DNA from: Pelomyxa schiedti
Lineage: Eukaryota; Protista; Evosea
NCBI GenBank assembly: GCA_020536535.1
Contig: JAHLWZ010000827.1
Span: forward strand, 1-64,000
Direction: 5' to 3'
Length of the DNA: 64,000 nucleotides
Shown here: in pieces, positions 63,550-64,000 of the stretch
Layout: every line of letters starts with the position of its first letter
How positions within the stretch are numbered: the stretch's first letter is position 1
Notes under the pieces: generated by a model
Database searches by the model: none
What the model was told of the DNA's origin: nothing
The model's input: only the letters and a program-made list of their open reading frames with translations
Position numbers and translations under genes: made by a program

Positions 63550-64000
63550 CTAACTGGCCTTGGAAGGGATTTGTTTGTGTCCACTGGCGAGGAACAACTA
63601 ATTAACCAATAAGTAAAGGCAATGGAAACAATCTAAAATAGACCTGCACTGCACTGAGAAAGTAAGGAATCCCACTGCCCACAGTAAATATTACGGTGGC
63701 CCACAAGATAACTGACATATGTTAGATGAAGAGTAATAATAAACTCGGAAAGTACAATCGCGGACATAGGTAATCCACTCTCTTCCTGGAGTGTTGGGAT
63801 CCAGCCATACCAAAATAAGGATAGACGGCACAACAATCACCTGCAATAGAACTTTGGTCTTACCAGCAAGTTTTGCTCCAAACTTGATTCCACTGCCTGC
63901 ATTCTATTTCAATATATCGTGCATTAATGTGTTATGTAAACTAAATCATTTCTACTTTCAAGTTCTGCACGTATTCCTGTAACAAGAAGCTCACGGGTGA
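63550..64000 (-). CDS. pgsA: PgsA-type CDP-diacylglycerol--glycerol-3-phosphate phosphatidyltransferase, 3' part only (5' end outside the window)
   Basis: Not in the ORF track. Spliced TRELLVTGIRAELES|SGIKFGAKLAGKTKVLLQVIVV...WITYVRDF|ILWATVIFTVGSGIPYF matches the bacterial PgsA C-terminal pattern RExxVTxLR...GKxKxxxQ...TxxSGxxY. The catalytic DGxxAR motif is not visible here. Confidence 0.75.

Noticed and set aside
1-64000. CRISPR arrays, transposases, retroelements, prokaryotic operons, contamination, or a non-standard genetic code
   Set aside because: None seen. Bacterial-type genes carry spliceosomal introns and sit among eukaryotic genes. The in-frame stops I examined resolved as introns under the standard code.

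Overview
Gene-dense, intron-rich eukaryotic nuclear DNA with introns mostly 35-60 nt, intergenic spacers mostly 50-550 nt and one 100-N scaffold gap. The six-frame ORF track breaks most genes into fragments, so I rebuilt gene models by hand-splicing; internal exon boundaries are approximate. About 22 protein genes in order: SMCR8-like DENN protein, SPRY-domain protein, talin, SLC35F-like transporter, POC1, D-Ala-D-Ala-ligase-like ATP-grasp enzyme, Rab5/22-group GTPase, methionine gamma-lyase-like PLP enzyme, VPS26C, TRAPPC11, dual-specificity phosphatase, zinc-finger protein, clathrin light chain, steroid 5-alpha-reductase, ERCC6L2-like SNF2 ATPase, ARM-repeat protein, importin-5, NAD-dependent epimerase, TBL1-like LisH-WD40, SLC43/FMP42-like transporter, SAM-SAM-calpain-ARM-UBR protease, EEP hydrolase, plus the 3' half of a bacterial-type PgsA. 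There is also a duplicated tRNA-Ala(AGC). Talin, centriolar POC1 and anaerobe-type enzymes together suggest a flagellated anaerobic amoebozoan (Archamoebae, Pelomyxa-like); this is inference only. Most notable: (1) the start of the SMCR8 coding sequence is inverted between 44-bp inverted repeats, and a second hairpin-loop micro-inversion separates the tRNA duplicates; (2) a 3-nt microexon in the Rab, several GC-donor introns and very degenerate splice signals; (3) intron-containing bacterial-type genes (Ddl-like ligase, PgsA, MGL-like lyase); (4) an unusual calpain domain architecture.
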